Source: Bdellovibrionota bacterium (lineage in GTDB: Bacteria > Bdellovibrionota_C > UBA2361 > OMII01). Taken from it: a stretch of 64,000 nucleotides of DNA. Location: assembly GCA_044345405.1 (NCBI GenBank), contig JBIJBE010000004.1:32001-96000 (forward strand). Direction: 5' to 3'. This document shows positions 36,317 through 46,209 of this stretch, one piece after another; position 1 is the first letter of the stretch; the number at the start of each line of letters is the position of its first letter. A model generated the notes under the pieces. That model saw only the letters and a list, made by a program, of their open reading frames with translations, did not search any database and had not been told where the DNA came from. Made by a program: the position numbers and the translations under genes.

Positions 36317-36682
36317 ATGATTATGAGAACTCTCCTCTGCGCCCTCTCTCTTTCAGTCATTTTCGTGTCACCAGCTCTCGCTCAATGCTACGGCGACGCC
36401 GCCGATGCGTTCGGTTGCGGAGTGTCCCGCCCAAGCGAAGCAAGCCTTGAGTCTTTCGGAGATTCGCGAAACGATGTCGTGCCTGATTACTACGGTAACT
36501 CGCGAGCGATCAGCACGAGCGAGCTTTTCTCTCAGGAAGAGACCATGAATTACTACCGTCGCCTCTATCGTGGGTGGCGTGGTAACAACTGGTCAGAGTC
36601 GGCTCTTCGCAACTCTATGAACAGCCAATCTCAGCCTCTGCGACGTTCCAACAATATACCCGCGATCGGCCCTCGCTTTTAA
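36317..36682 (+). CDS. Small exported hypothetical protein
   Basis: Signal peptide ...SPALA-Q, two Cys; no family recognised. Confidence 0.7.
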   Translation: MIMRTLLCALSLSVIFVSPALAQCYGDAADAFGCGVSRPSEASLESFGDSRNDVVPDYYGNSRAISTSELFSQEETMNYYRRLYRGWRGNNWSESALRNSMNSQSQPLRRSNNIPAIGPRF

Positions 36683-36701
36683 GTCAACGGTCGGAGGTGG
36701 G

Positions 36702-38687
36702 TCACACCTGGGGCGCTGATTGCCCTACCCATTCCCGTACCGCAAGTTCAAGATCCTGCGCGGAGACTCGATATTCTCGACTGCCCGCACCTGATTCACG
36801 TTTGAAGGCGTTGAGACCCGCTTGATTACAGATCTCTCGAATGTCTGCCGCGCACTTACCCTCTGTGGCGGCGACCAACCTATTGATATCCACACCACCC
36901 GCGAGCGGAAGTTTGCTGAGATACATCGAGAAGAGCGTGCCGCGCGCTTGCGGTCCCGGGAGAGGCACCATAAGAACCTTGTTCAATCGACCTCCTCGCT
37001 TTAGGGCTGGATCCACAAGGTCAGCGCGATTCGTCGCTCCGATGATGTAGACCCCCTCGCGTTTCACGATACCATCGATCAACTGCAGGAGGTGGTTCAA
37101 AAGATTATCCGCGTGCTGCGCGTTCCCCTCGGCTCGATTCTTGGCGATTGAGTCGATCTCATCAATAAAGATAACGGAGGGAGCGTTCTTCGCCGCTGTC
37201 TTAAAGAGACGCGTAAGGTTCTTCTCAGACTCGCCTACCCACTTCGAGATAATCTCATCTGTTTGGAGCACAAAAAACGAGAGATTCGCCTCATTCGCGA
37301 TTACCTTCGCGAGCGTTGTTTTGCCGGTACCTGGAGGGCCATTTAACAAGATTCCCTTTGGCACCGTGATACCGTACTTGAGCGCCGTGCTCGGATCCCT
37401 AAGCAGGGTGATCACGCTCTGCATCTCTCGTTTGAGCTCATCGTCAACAACGATATCATCCCACGTAACCTTCTCTACCTTTCCATTGAGAGGTTGCGGC
37501 GTCGTATCCGCTTGGCCCTCAAGTAACATCTCCGCCTTCTCCTCATCGATAGCGAACATGTCGAGGGCAGCCTCAATGTCGGCCGAGGTTATCCTCTGAC
37601 TTCGACGATTCGCAGGGAGCGATTGCTCCCGTTGGTACGCCTGCAGTCCAGCTTGATTACAGATCGCCTTGATATCCGCTCCGGAGTTCCCCTGTGTGGC
37701 GCGCGCGAGGGACTCAATATCGATATCATCCGAGAGCTGCAACTTTCGCGAGTACACCTGAAAGAGCTTGGTCCGAGACTCGTAATCAGGGAGTGGAATC
37801 TCAATTACCCTATTAAGACGACCCGCGCGCCGCAGTGCCTCATCAACGAGGTCCGCGCGATTGGTCGCCCCGATCACGTAGATACCATCCGCTTTGAGCA
37901 CACCATCAATTAATTGAAGAAGATGATTGAGCAGGTTGTCGGTATGGCTCGCGTTAGACGAGGAGCGCTTCTTTCCGAGGGAATCGATCTCATCGACAAA
38001 GATAACCGCGGGGGCGTGCTTCTGCGCGCTCTCAAACAACTTCGTGAGATTCTTCTCTGACTCACCAACCCACTTCGACACGATCTCATTCGCTCGAAGC
38101 ACGAAGAAGTTGAGACCAGCCATCGTCGCGACCGCTTTGGCGATAGTCGTTTTTCCGGTACCTGGAGGACCGTTAAAGAGGATGCCCTTCGGCAGCGCGA
38201 TGCCGTAATCCTTGGCGTTTTGAGGACTCTTGAGGAGGTTGATCACCGATACTAATTCATCCTTCGTTTCCTGTCCGATGATCAGGTCCTCCCACGCGAC
38301 GATCTCGATCTCGTCATTTCGTACCCGGGGGTCATATCCGGTATCATCAGCCGGAGGTGTGTGACTCGCGCCATCACCACCCGCGGATTCCCCCAATCCC
38401 TTACCTCGAGCCACCGCCAAGAACACCAGAACGAGTGGACAGAAATGGAGCAACGCCATCGGCAAAGCGCCGACGTCCCCCTCACGCACGATGTGGTACA
38501 CCTTGAACGCGATAAAGAAACCAAAGACAAAGGAGAGTAATTGAAGGAGGAAGTCGCCAAAGCGGATCTTATCCCCGTCGTACCAATACTTGGCGTGATA
38601 GCCGTAGTAGGCGAAGGGCAAGATAAAGGTTATCAGTAGGGTAATCTCTGATAGTTGTAGGTCGTGGATCGAAACCATCTCACCCAC
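36702..38687 (-). CDS. Membrane-anchored tandem AAA+ ATPase (Cdc48/VCP-like D1-D2)
   Basis: Three N-terminal hydrophobic segments; two modules each with GPPGTGKT, SKWVGESEKN, F.DEIDS, GATNRADLVD.AL.R.GRL. Confidence 0.9.
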   Translation of the reverse strand: MGEMVSIHDLQLSEITLLITFILPFAYYGYHAKYWYDGDKIRFGDFLLQLLSFVFGFFIAFKVYHIVREGDVGALPMALLHFCPLVLVFLAVARGKGLGESAGGDGASHTPPADDTGYDPRVRNDEIEIVAWEDLIIGQETKDELVSVINLLKSPQNAKDYGIALPKGILFNGPPGTGKTTIAKAVATMAGLNFFVLRANEIVSKWVGESEKNLTKLFESAQKHAPAVIFVDEIDSLGKKRSSSNASHTDNLLNHLLQLIDGVLKADGIYVIGATNRADLVDEALRRAGRLNRVIEIPLPDYESRTKLFQVYSRKLQLSDDIDIESLARATQGNSGADIKAICNQAGLQAYQREQSLPANRRSQRITSADIEAALDMFAIDEEKAEMLLEGQADTTPQPLNGKVEKVTWDDIVVDDELKREMQSVITLLRDPSTALKYGITVPKGILLNGPPGTGKTTLAKVIANEANLSFFVLQTDEIISKWVGESEKNLTRLFKTAAKNAPSVIFIDEIDSIAKNRAEGNAQHADNLLNHLLQLIDGIVKREGVYIIGATNRADLVDPALKRGGRLNKVLMVPLPGPQARGTLFSMYLSKLPLAGGVDINRLVAATEGKCAADIREICNQAGLNAFKRESGAGSREYRVSAQDLELAVREWVGQSAPQV

Positions 38688-38873
38688 TGTATCGGAACTT
38701 TCGGGGAGCGACTCAAGTTATTGAAAAGATATGAACAAAATTAAAGGCCAAAATCGCAAAAGTAAAAGAGCGTTCTAGGCACGACTCTCCTATACCCTTG
38801 AATATTCGTGGGGTTATTACCCCTTCCTACGGCACACCTTTGGTATTTCGTTCCATACCCCTCAGGACTCCGT

Positions 38874-39824
38874 ATGGCTAAAAACACCAAACTCTCACAA
38901 CGAGGCATCGGGGATCTTGAGCGTTCCATTGAGCGCTACGAGACCTACAACGACGGCTTTATCCTGCCCGATACCGTTATCGTGGTTCGACTCGACGCGC
39001 ATCGATACGGTGACTGGAGCGCTCTTCCCGATGAGTATCCGACCGGTCCAACTACGACCAAGGGATTACTCATCACGGCCCGAGCTCTTATGTCCGCCTC
39101 ATTCCGTGTAGTGTTGGCGTACACCCACGGGGACGAGATCTCACTCGTCCTTGATCCTACGGAGAACATCAATCCGCTGCGACGGAGCAAGTTGATCTCA
39201 GCGTTCTGCTCAGCCGCCGCTATTCACTTCCTTAAAGCCACCGGATTCGCCGCGATGTTCGACGCGAAGGTAAGCGAACTGCCGTCACCTGAGAGACTCT
39301 CGGAGTATCTCTTCTGGCAACGAAAGTATTGCTACCGAAACGCCACAACAATAGCGCTGCGACGCGCGCTGATACGAAGCGGTTTGAGTCTCGACCAAGC
39401 GGAAAACAAAATTCGTGGCGCAACTGAGGAGCAACGGATAGCTCAACTCAAAGAGCTTGGCGCTCCAGTTGAAACGATTCCGCCAACCACTCGACGTGGC
39501 TCTTTGCTCTATTGGAATACCGTTGTTGTAGAGGGCAGGCCGCAGGTCAAAGTTGTCGTCGATACCAAGCTCGCTGATAACGACGAAGCGTATGAGGCAT
39601 TCCTAACGGAGAGAGTCTCCAAAGCGCTCGTAACGGCACCCGTCAACCGACCAACTCAAGCTCCGGCAGCTCAGCCCGCTCCTGAACGAAAAGCTCAGGT
39701 AGTTGCCAAACAAGCACCGGTTCAAAAATCGCCACAGCCACCTAAACAACCACAACAACCACAACAGGCGAAGCGAAATAAGAAAGCTCAGGTCTCGGTA
39801 TTCCGGATGCCGCCAGCTCAGTAG
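38874..39824 (+). CDS. Thg1-like protein (tRNA-His guanylyltransferase / 3'-5' polymerase family), divergent
   Basis: YE, VVRLD, YT.GDEISL, R.SKL.S, FDAK, Y..W......RN, RRG motifs; Pro/Gln-rich tail. Confidence 0.78.
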   Translation: MAKNTKLSQRGIGDLERSIERYETYNDGFILPDTVIVVRLDAHRYGDWSALPDEYPTGPTTTKGLLITARALMSASFRVVLAYTHGDEISLVLDPTENINPLRRSKLISAFCSAAAIHFLKATGFAAMFDAKVSELPSPERLSEYLFWQRKYCYRNATTIALRRALIRSGLSLDQAENKIRGATEEQRIAQLKELGAPVETIPPTTRRGSLLYWNTVVVEGRPQVKVVVDTKLADNDEAYEAFLTERVSKALVTAPVNRPTQAPAAQPAPERKAQVVAKQAPVQKSPQPPKQPQQPQQAKRNKKAQVSVFRMPPAQ

Positions 39825-39854
39825 GAAGCGCTTGATAAGGGGAGGCTCCGCGTA

Positions 39855-40847
39855 CTACGGCGTAGGCTCTCTCGGAATCCGCGCGTCAAAGAGCACCGCC
39901 GAAAAACCTCCATCATCAGCCTGAGACTCGACAACTCGCGACACAACGATATTGCGAGCGGTGAACACATGCTGACTCCTCTCAAAGCTGAGCGACTCTT
40001 TAAGCAGCTGGGGCACGATTGAGACACCGGAATCAAAGGAGAGCTCCCGCAACCGCAACTGGTCTGGGTACATGTCTACAATCTGAGAGGTCCGCGACGT
40101 TCGAAACGCTCCGAACACAACACGAGGCTTTGAGGTATATTTGAGCACGCTCGCGAGTCGTCGAGAGGTCAGACGACTTCGAAGAAAATCCTCCTGCTTC
40201 CACGGTGGCAACAGATCGAAAGCGCCAATCTCCAACGGGTATCCATCTCTAGTAAGAAATTCACCCGCGACCCCCGGCAACGCGGCATATCCGTAATCCA
40301 ATCGAATCGGTTCTCGCGGTTGAAGCTTTGAGAGCACCTCTACGACCCTATCCTTCGATGGAAGAGAAACGAACCGATAAGAAAATTTTTCAGCGACCGG
40401 AGCGAGGATAGGAGCGTCAACGTAACGGGTAAGAATTATCATCGAGGGACCCTCGACATCGACAAAGGCATTGAGCGCCTCAGCGTGCGCGTTCCCCGAA
40501 CGCTCTGAGATATCAACAAAAAGAAACCGCTCTGGAGCGGAGTAGACGAGGTGTGGATAAGATTTTTGCCGCGCGTAAAGATACGGCATCACCATCTGCC
40601 CAGTGCGAGCGATGCACAACACCTGGAGCGCCACGACAGCGACCCGCGCCCAACTCCAGGAGATCGCGCGAAAGCGGGCAATATCGAAGCACACCGCCAC
40701 GAAGAGGAGTCCGGTCCACCATAAGGCGGTCGCGCAGATAAGCTCCTGCCACCAGGTTCGGGGATAATTAAAGATGGCGAGCGCCAGGAATGCCGTTCCT
40801 AGCAACCGGAGCCATTCCCACCCTTTTTTGAGAACCGCGTGTTTCAT
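39855..40847 (-). CDS. Membrane protein with degenerate endonuclease/exonuclease/phosphatase-like domain
   Basis: Three N-terminal TMs, then layout typical of membrane EEP proteins (LLPP, P.VVFGAF..S) without catalytic residues. Confidence 0.55.
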   Translation of the reverse strand: MKHAVLKKGWEWLRLLGTAFLALAIFNYPRTWWQELICATALWWTGLLFVAVCFDIARFRAISWSWARVAVVALQVLCIARTGQMVMPYLYARQKSYPHLVYSAPERFLFVDISERSGNAHAEALNAFVDVEGPSMIILTRYVDAPILAPVAEKFSYRFVSLPSKDRVVEVLSKLQPREPIRLDYGYAALPGVAGEFLTRDGYPLEIGAFDLLPPWKQEDFLRSRLTSRRLASVLKYTSKPRVVFGAFRTSRTSQIVDMYPDQLRLRELSFDSGVSIVPQLLKESLSFERSQHVFTARNIVVSRVVESQADDGGFSAVLFDARIPREPTP

Positions 40848-40966
40848 GACCAGAGAGAGAGTGTGTGAAGACGAAGGGACGCATCGTACAGGAAGGCACT
40901 ACCATGTGGATATGCCACGGGACAATCAAAGAAACAGAGAATTATCCCTCACGGTCGCATTCACCC

Positions 40967-40992
40967 ACGTAAACGTAAACGTGAACGTACAC
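40967..40992. repeat. Short hexamer tandem repeat (ACGTRR/ACGTAC)x4
   Basis: acgtaa acgtaa acgtga acgtac ac in intergenic region. Confidence 0.5.
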
Positions 40993-41062
40993 CAAGCACG
41001 AGGCAATGCTGAGGAAAGACAACTGCTGTATAAGCCGGGGAATTACTACGCGATGACGCGAA

Positions 41063-41431
41063 CTACTCGTTCCAGTTCAGGACACCCTTCTTCCACACGT
41101 AAATGAGACCGACAACGAGCACCGCCATGAAGGAGAGCATCTGCGCGAGCGCGAACATCCCCATTTGCTCTAGGATGACTGCCCAGGGATACATGAAGAT
41201 GACCTCGATATCGAAGAGGATGAACAGCATCGCCACAAGGTAGAAGCGAATACTGAACCGCTGCTCACGGACCGAACCAACTGGAATAGCACCACACTCC
41301 CATGGCATCTGTTTGGTCTTGGTGACCTTCTTCGGCCCAAGAAACGAAGCGAGCATCACCATGGTCAGGAGAAAACCTCCGGCTGCGACGGTGAGGAGTA
41401 AGATTCCCAAGTACGGGTTCAATTCACTCAT
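41063..41431 (-). CDS. nuoA: NADH-quinone oxidoreductase subunit A
   Basis: K..PWECG, RFSIRFYLVAMLFILFDIEV.F.YPWA, WKKG.L.W. Confidence 0.95.
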   Translation of the reverse strand: MSELNPYLGILLLTVAAGGFLLTMVMLASFLGPKKVTKTKQMPWECGAIPVGSVREQRFSIRFYLVAMLFILFDIEVIFMYPWAVILEQMGMFALAQMLSFMAVLVVGLIYVWKKGVLNWNE

Positions 41432-41483
41432 GCATACCTACCTATAACGTCCCCCCCACCGTTTGATGGGGTGAGAGAAAAAA

Positions 41484-41557
41484 CGCACCCGAGAGGATTC
41501 GAACCTCTGACCACCCACTTAGAAGGCGGGTGCTCTATCCAGCTGAGCTACGGGTGC
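41484..41557 (-). tRNA. tRNA-Arg (anticodon UCU), CCA not encoded
   Basis: GCACCCG TAGCTCAGCTGGATAGAGC A CCCGC CT TCT AA GTGGG TGGTC AGAGG TTCGAAT CCTCT CGGGTGC G cloverleaf. Confidence 0.95.
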
Positions 41558-42074
41558 CCAAGTCACACAGCGCAGGACAACCGCTGTGTCAGAGTAGCGC
41601 AGCCTTTGGAGAAGGAACTGCTCAACTGCTCGAATGTATTGCATGGAGAGGAGACATTCAACTCTTGAACCACACCAAAGATCTCATAAAAAGATCGCGC
41701 GCCACGAGCTGCTCTTTCGAGTGCCCGAAGAGGTGTGGCAGCCCCTCAGAATCCCTTTCTGAGCGATATCAGGCCCAAAAGGGTCTTTTCGTCCGCGTTG
41801 ACCGCACAATAAACATAGCGGTTTCAATTACTTAAGAAGATAGAACATCCCTTGAAGCAAAGCTCCCATAACTAAAGATTATAGGATAGAACAGCACCAG
41901 ACCGTTGGAAGGTTCTCAGCACACCTTTCGATGATCGACGTACTGATTCACGAGGAGGGAATTACCTTCCTGGCGAGTTGAGGTATGATGCCGGCTTCAT
42001 TTTTTTGAAGAGCTCGCGTTGTATCAGAAAGTACAAAGGCGCAGTTCAATTTTACGTTGTAGGTAGGCCCAACC

Positions 42075-43883
42075 ATGTCACTTCCGAATCCAAAAAAACG
42101 GAAGATATTTGACGGTCGCTACGAAGTCATCTCCATAGTTGGACGTGGCCTCGACAGCGTGGTCTACCATGCTCGCCACCTCAGTGGCGCGCAGCAAGAG
42201 GTTGCCCTCAAGGTACTCGTTAACAACAAACCAAAAAGTTCAATGACAGAGCGACTCCGCAAAGAGGCGCTCACACTGGTCTCGTGTCGACACAAGTATG
42301 TCGTTCGGCTCGATGATTTCCACTCAGTAGCTGACCTTTGCTACCTCTCCATGGAATACGCGGCGCTTGGAGATCTCCGTAAATATATCACCGCGCAGGG
42401 TGCGCCACTATCGCCGGAGCTTGGCGCGGAATTTCTCCGTCAATCTCTTGAGGCGATGGAGTTCATTCACGCCACCGGCGTGCTCCATCGAGATATCAAG
42501 CCAGACAATATCCTTGTCATCACAGAGAAAGAGATACGCCTCGCCGACTTCGGTCTAGCGCTCCTCCCAGGAGACGAACTCGATCTTGAAGAGCTCCAGA
42601 ACGGTGTAGGATCCCTCTCATACCTCCCACCCGAGATGCTTGAGGGACGGTTCTACGATTCACGCTCCGATCTCTATTCGCTTGGCGTCTGCTTCTACGA
42701 GGCGATGGCTGGGGTTCACCCATTTGAGAACGCTCCTTTGAGTGAGCAGCAAAACGCTAGGCTGGATCGAAATATCAAGCCACTCCATGAGATCAACCCG
42801 CTCGTTCCTCGGAACGTATCGGCCGTTGTGGCGTCTCTGATGAGACACTCCGTTGAGCAACGGTTCCAAACCGCGATGGAAGCGCTCCGCGCCCTTTCGA
42901 ACACGGCCTTTGATGGTGCGTCATCAACCTCAACAGATTCAGCGGATCTTGAGGAGACCTCCTCATTCACATCAAACGATGATGTCGCGACCTCAACCAG
43001 CGTCGCCTCTGGTGGCGCAGGATATACTCCCGCCAATGTTGACGAGCCACTGGATTCTTACAGCGACGACTTCGACGACTTCTTCAAAGACACCGAATAC
43101 AGCTCCGCGGCTACGCCCGGACTCTCTTCTCACACAGAGCCGGAAGAGGCGTCAGAGGACACTCAGGAGATGAGCGCTCAACGAGTTCAACAGCTGATCG
43201 ACCAAGATTCGAAAAAGAAAGCGACAGCGGCCCTTCGGAATTCATTCGTGGTGACACCCCCCTCCTCTGAACAAGATTCGCCAGCCCCGTGGTCAGTGGA
43301 CAAGAAGCCAACGCAAGGCAAGACGCCGTCTCCGAAGGATGAGGAGGATCTTCCGGGCGTCACCATCAAGAGCCCAGGTATTATTGCGACTCTTATGACG
43401 ATGCATCCGCTCATTCGCACACTGCTTGTTGGAGGGGTGGCCGCTCTCGTCACCATCGGTTTAGTAGTGGTCTCACAAGTCAAACCGGCCGCCATCCTGA
43501 CAAGCGTAACCTCGTCCATCGAGGCCACTGAGAACCTCTCTCAGGACGCCGTCGAGACTGAGGGGGATACCCTCTTTCCGAACCTTCCAGCGGGCACCTT
43601 CGCGGGAACGATTTATGGAATTCTTCCCAACGTCACAACACCTCTGGCCCTTATCTCCCGTCCGGAGCAAAATGAGATCACCGTCGTGATTGGAGTCGAA
43701 GGATGGACGCCAACCACGGTATCTACGAAACTCGGCGAGAACTCCTCCTCAACGATAGTAGTTCGCTCCAACAGCGTACTCTTGAACATGACTGGCTCAG
43801 GCTCCTCAAGCGAAGTAGAAGGTACATTTACGAACGCTATAACCGGGGAAACCGGGGTATGGAGCGTCAAGAAGCTTTCATGA
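42075..43883 (+). CDS. Hanks-type Ser/Thr protein kinase with acidic linker, TM helix and extracytoplasmic domain
   Basis: GRG...VY, VALK, HRDIKPDN, DFG, GSLSYLPPE, SDLYSLG; hydrophobic segment near aa 450-470. Confidence 0.92.
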   Translation: MSLPNPKKRKIFDGRYEVISIVGRGLDSVVYHARHLSGAQQEVALKVLVNNKPKSSMTERLRKEALTLVSCRHKYVVRLDDFHSVADLCYLSMEYAALGDLRKYITAQGAPLSPELGAEFLRQSLEAMEFIHATGVLHRDIKPDNILVITEKEIRLADFGLALLPGDELDLEELQNGVGSLSYLPPEMLEGRFYDSRSDLYSLGVCFYEAMAGVHPFENAPLSEQQNARLDRNIKPLHEINPLVPRNVSAVVASLMRHSVEQRFQTAMEALRALSNTAFDGASSTSTDSADLEETSSFTSNDDVATSTSVASGGAGYTPANVDEPLDSYSDDFDDFFKDTEYSSAATPGLSSHTEPEEASEDTQEMSAQRVQQLIDQDSKKKATAALRNSFVVTPPSSEQDSPAPWSVDKKPTQGKTPSPKDEEDLPGVTIKSPGIIATLMTMHPLIRTLLVGGVAALVTIGLVVVSQVKPAAILTSVTSSIEATENLSQDAVETEGDTLFPNLPAGTFAGTIYGILPNVTTPLALISRPEQNEITVVIGVEGWTPTTVSTKLGENSSSTIVVRSNSVLLNMTGSGSSSEVEGTFTNAITGETGVWSVKKLS

Positions 43884-44479
43884 TCGGTAGGCGTATGGCC
43901 GCGTGGCGACAACGAATACAAAACGTACGAGCGAACGCTCTCATTATCGCGCTAGGATCGCTCGCCCTCGTATCGAATAGCTCTACCGCGCGAGCGGAGG
44001 ACGTCACTCCTCCGGTAGTCCTTCAGCACAAGCCGATGGAGACCCATCAACTTCCACAAGCTGGAACGCTCATGCCGGTCTCTGTCTCGATCGCGAACTC
44101 AAGCGACGTCGACGTCAAGATTAGACTTGTGGGATCCCGAGATGGGCGTTTTATGGATATCGCGTTCCCGATGGGAGTCCTGAACGAAACGGATCGACCG
44201 ACCTACACGATTAACGTACCCGCTCCCGTAGCGGCGATCTCGTACCAATTCGTGATTCACCAGAAATCTGGCGATCTGACCCTCACCGACAAGTACATCA
44301 TCAAGCGCAACTGCGTACAAAATTTCAAGGTCGAGGTTCCAGAAACGATTCCATCAGCGGAATACCGCAAGGAGGTCGCTACCCTGGTCGCGAAGGCGCG
44401 CTCCCTAGAGCGAGATACTCGCAACCTCGACACAGCAATCAAGTTACTCGACACCTTAAAGAAGGACATTCCGGAGTAA
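43880..44479 (+). CDS. Exported hypothetical protein
   Basis: ATGA-coupled to kinase; signal peptide ...TARA-E; beta-rich core with coiled-coil end. Confidence 0.75.
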   Translation: MIGRRMAAWRQRIQNVRANALIIALGSLALVSNSSTARAEDVTPPVVLQHKPMETHQLPQAGTLMPVSVSIANSSDVDVKIRLVGSRDGRFMDIAFPMGVLNETDRPTYTINVPAPVAAISYQFVIHQKSGDLTLTDKYIIKRNCVQNFKVEVPETIPSAEYRKEVATLVAKARSLERDTRNLDTAIKLLDTLKKDIPE

Positions 44480-44487
44480 CAAACCTT

Positions 44488-45174
44488 ATGAACGCCTCCT
44501 CCGTTTTCTCTTTTTTCCTCGCTTCGCTCGCCGGCGCGCTCTCTTTAACGCTTCACATTCAGGAAGGCTACACCCAGGCGTTGCCCATAACCGAACCCCT
44601 CACAGTGAACGTGAGAGTCGAGGCAAAGCCTGAACCCAAGAAAGCTATCGGCATGGTCCTCTCAGCTGGAAGAGCCGTTGAGATTCAAGAGACAACTATC
44701 AAGAAGATCGGCGAGAAACTCTACCTCATCAGCTTCGTTGTCGATCGCAATATCGTCCGTAAGGATAGCGTCGCGACGGCGATGGCGTTCGATGAGAACG
44801 GGACCGTGACCTTCGCCAACGTGAGCCCAGAGCTTCTCTCCGAGAGCAAAACACTTATCTCGCACATTCCGGAGTGCCCCGCCGAGGATCCTTCAGCGGT
44901 CGTTAAGCTGGACCAGCAAGGACCTCTAGAGCAGCTCGTCGATGTACGCTCTGAGCGAGCGGAGATAGCTCGTTTGAAGATATCACGAATGCTCGACGAA
45001 GATTTCCTCTCGAAGCTCCAGCGCTTTGAGGACGCGTTCGGATTAGACAAGACGGAGGAGCTCAACGCGAACCTTCCTCCAGAGGTATTGGTAGATAGAC
45101 TTTCCCGCATCACACACGCGGTCAAAAAATATCGCATGTTCAAAAAAGCGCCTACGCCAACGCCCGCTCAGTAG
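44488..45174 (+). CDS. Exported hypothetical protein
   Basis: GGAG RBS; N-terminal signal; beta-rich then helical. Confidence 0.75.
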   Translation: MNASSVFSFFLASLAGALSLTLHIQEGYTQALPITEPLTVNVRVEAKPEPKKAIGMVLSAGRAVEIQETTIKKIGEKLYLISFVVDRNIVRKDSVATAMAFDENGTVTFANVSPELLSESKTLISHIPECPAEDPSAVVKLDQQGPLEQLVDVRSERAEIARLKISRMLDEDFLSKLQRFEDAFGLDKTEELNANLPPEVLVDRLSRITHAVKKYRMFKKAPTPTPAQ

Positions 45175-45198
45175 CGGCGATCGCTTCCGGGGCACCTC

Positions 45199-46164
45199 GT
45201 GACAGAAGCACCACACTCCGAAATCCCGAAAATGCCTCCCGTCGATCTGGCGCGGGTCAATGCCACCTTACGAACCCAGTACTGGTGCTTCATCCTACGA
45301 ACTCCTCAGGACGGCCCCGCCTCGCTTCTTGAACTCTTACGTGAGCGCCTTCCTCATATCGATCAAACGTCATGGAATGAGCGTTTTGATTTCGGCGGGG
45401 TGTACGTCAACGGTGTCGAGGCGCTCAACGACATGCCCCTTCCCCTACCCGTAAAAGTTGAGTACTACGAGCCCAAATTTCCCATCGCGGAGGCGCGCTC
45501 GCAATTCTCCCCGTTTCTCTCTGAGTACATACTCTTTCACGACGACGCCATCGCGGTGGTGTATAAACCCCCGCACCTCTCGAGCATGCCAGCGAAGGAG
45601 CAACGCCACTTCAGCCTGAAGGTGGCGGTTGAGCGAGAGCTTGGCCGTACCATTCACATGCCCTCTCGGCTTGACGTTTCGGCGCAGGGGCTGGTTGTGG
45701 TCAGCACCTCGTCAGCCGCCCACGCGGGACTCCAGCGGGCTTTCGAAACGAGGACGGTGCGAAAAACGTACCGCTTCGCGTCTCATCACAGAAGCGCGTG
45801 GAATGAGAAGCTTGTTGAGTTCGCCATCGCGGTCTCACGAGAGCACCCTGTGTTGCGTGTCGCCACCATCAACGACGGTCAACCGGCGCAAACTCAGATG
45901 GCCTACTCCCATGCAGCGCTCATAGAGGGCGCGCCCTCTCAGATTTACACCGCGCGTCCAATTACCGGTCGAACCCACCAGATCCGTGTGCATGCCGCCG
46001 CGAGTGGACTGCCTCTCCTTGGTGATAATTTTTATGGAGGCGCTCCCGCTCCGTACCTGCACCTCGTGAGCTGCGCGCTCTCCCTCCCTCATCCAATCTC
46101 GGGAGAGACGCTCACGTGGGAGATTCCAGCTCGACTCGCCCCCGCGTGGGTGCACGCCGCCTAA
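45199..46164 (+). CDS. RluA-family pseudouridine synthase
   Basis: VYKP, SRLD...QGL, K.Y, TGRTHQIRVH, GD..YG, LHL. Confidence 0.92.
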   Translation: MTEAPHSEIPKMPPVDLARVNATLRTQYWCFILRTPQDGPASLLELLRERLPHIDQTSWNERFDFGGVYVNGVEALNDMPLPLPVKVEYYEPKFPIAEARSQFSPFLSEYILFHDDAIAVVYKPPHLSSMPAKEQRHFSLKVAVERELGRTIHMPSRLDVSAQGLVVVSTSSAAHAGLQRAFETRTVRKTYRFASHHRSAWNEKLVEFAIAVSREHPVLRVATINDGQPAQTQMAYSHAALIEGAPSQIYTARPITGRTHQIRVHAAASGLPLLGDNFYGGAPAPYLHLVSCALSLPHPISGETLTWEIPARLAPAWVHAA

Positions 46165-46209
46165 ATTCCCGGTGGAGTGACGCCTTTTTTTGCCCTATCC
46201 TGTTTAGGT

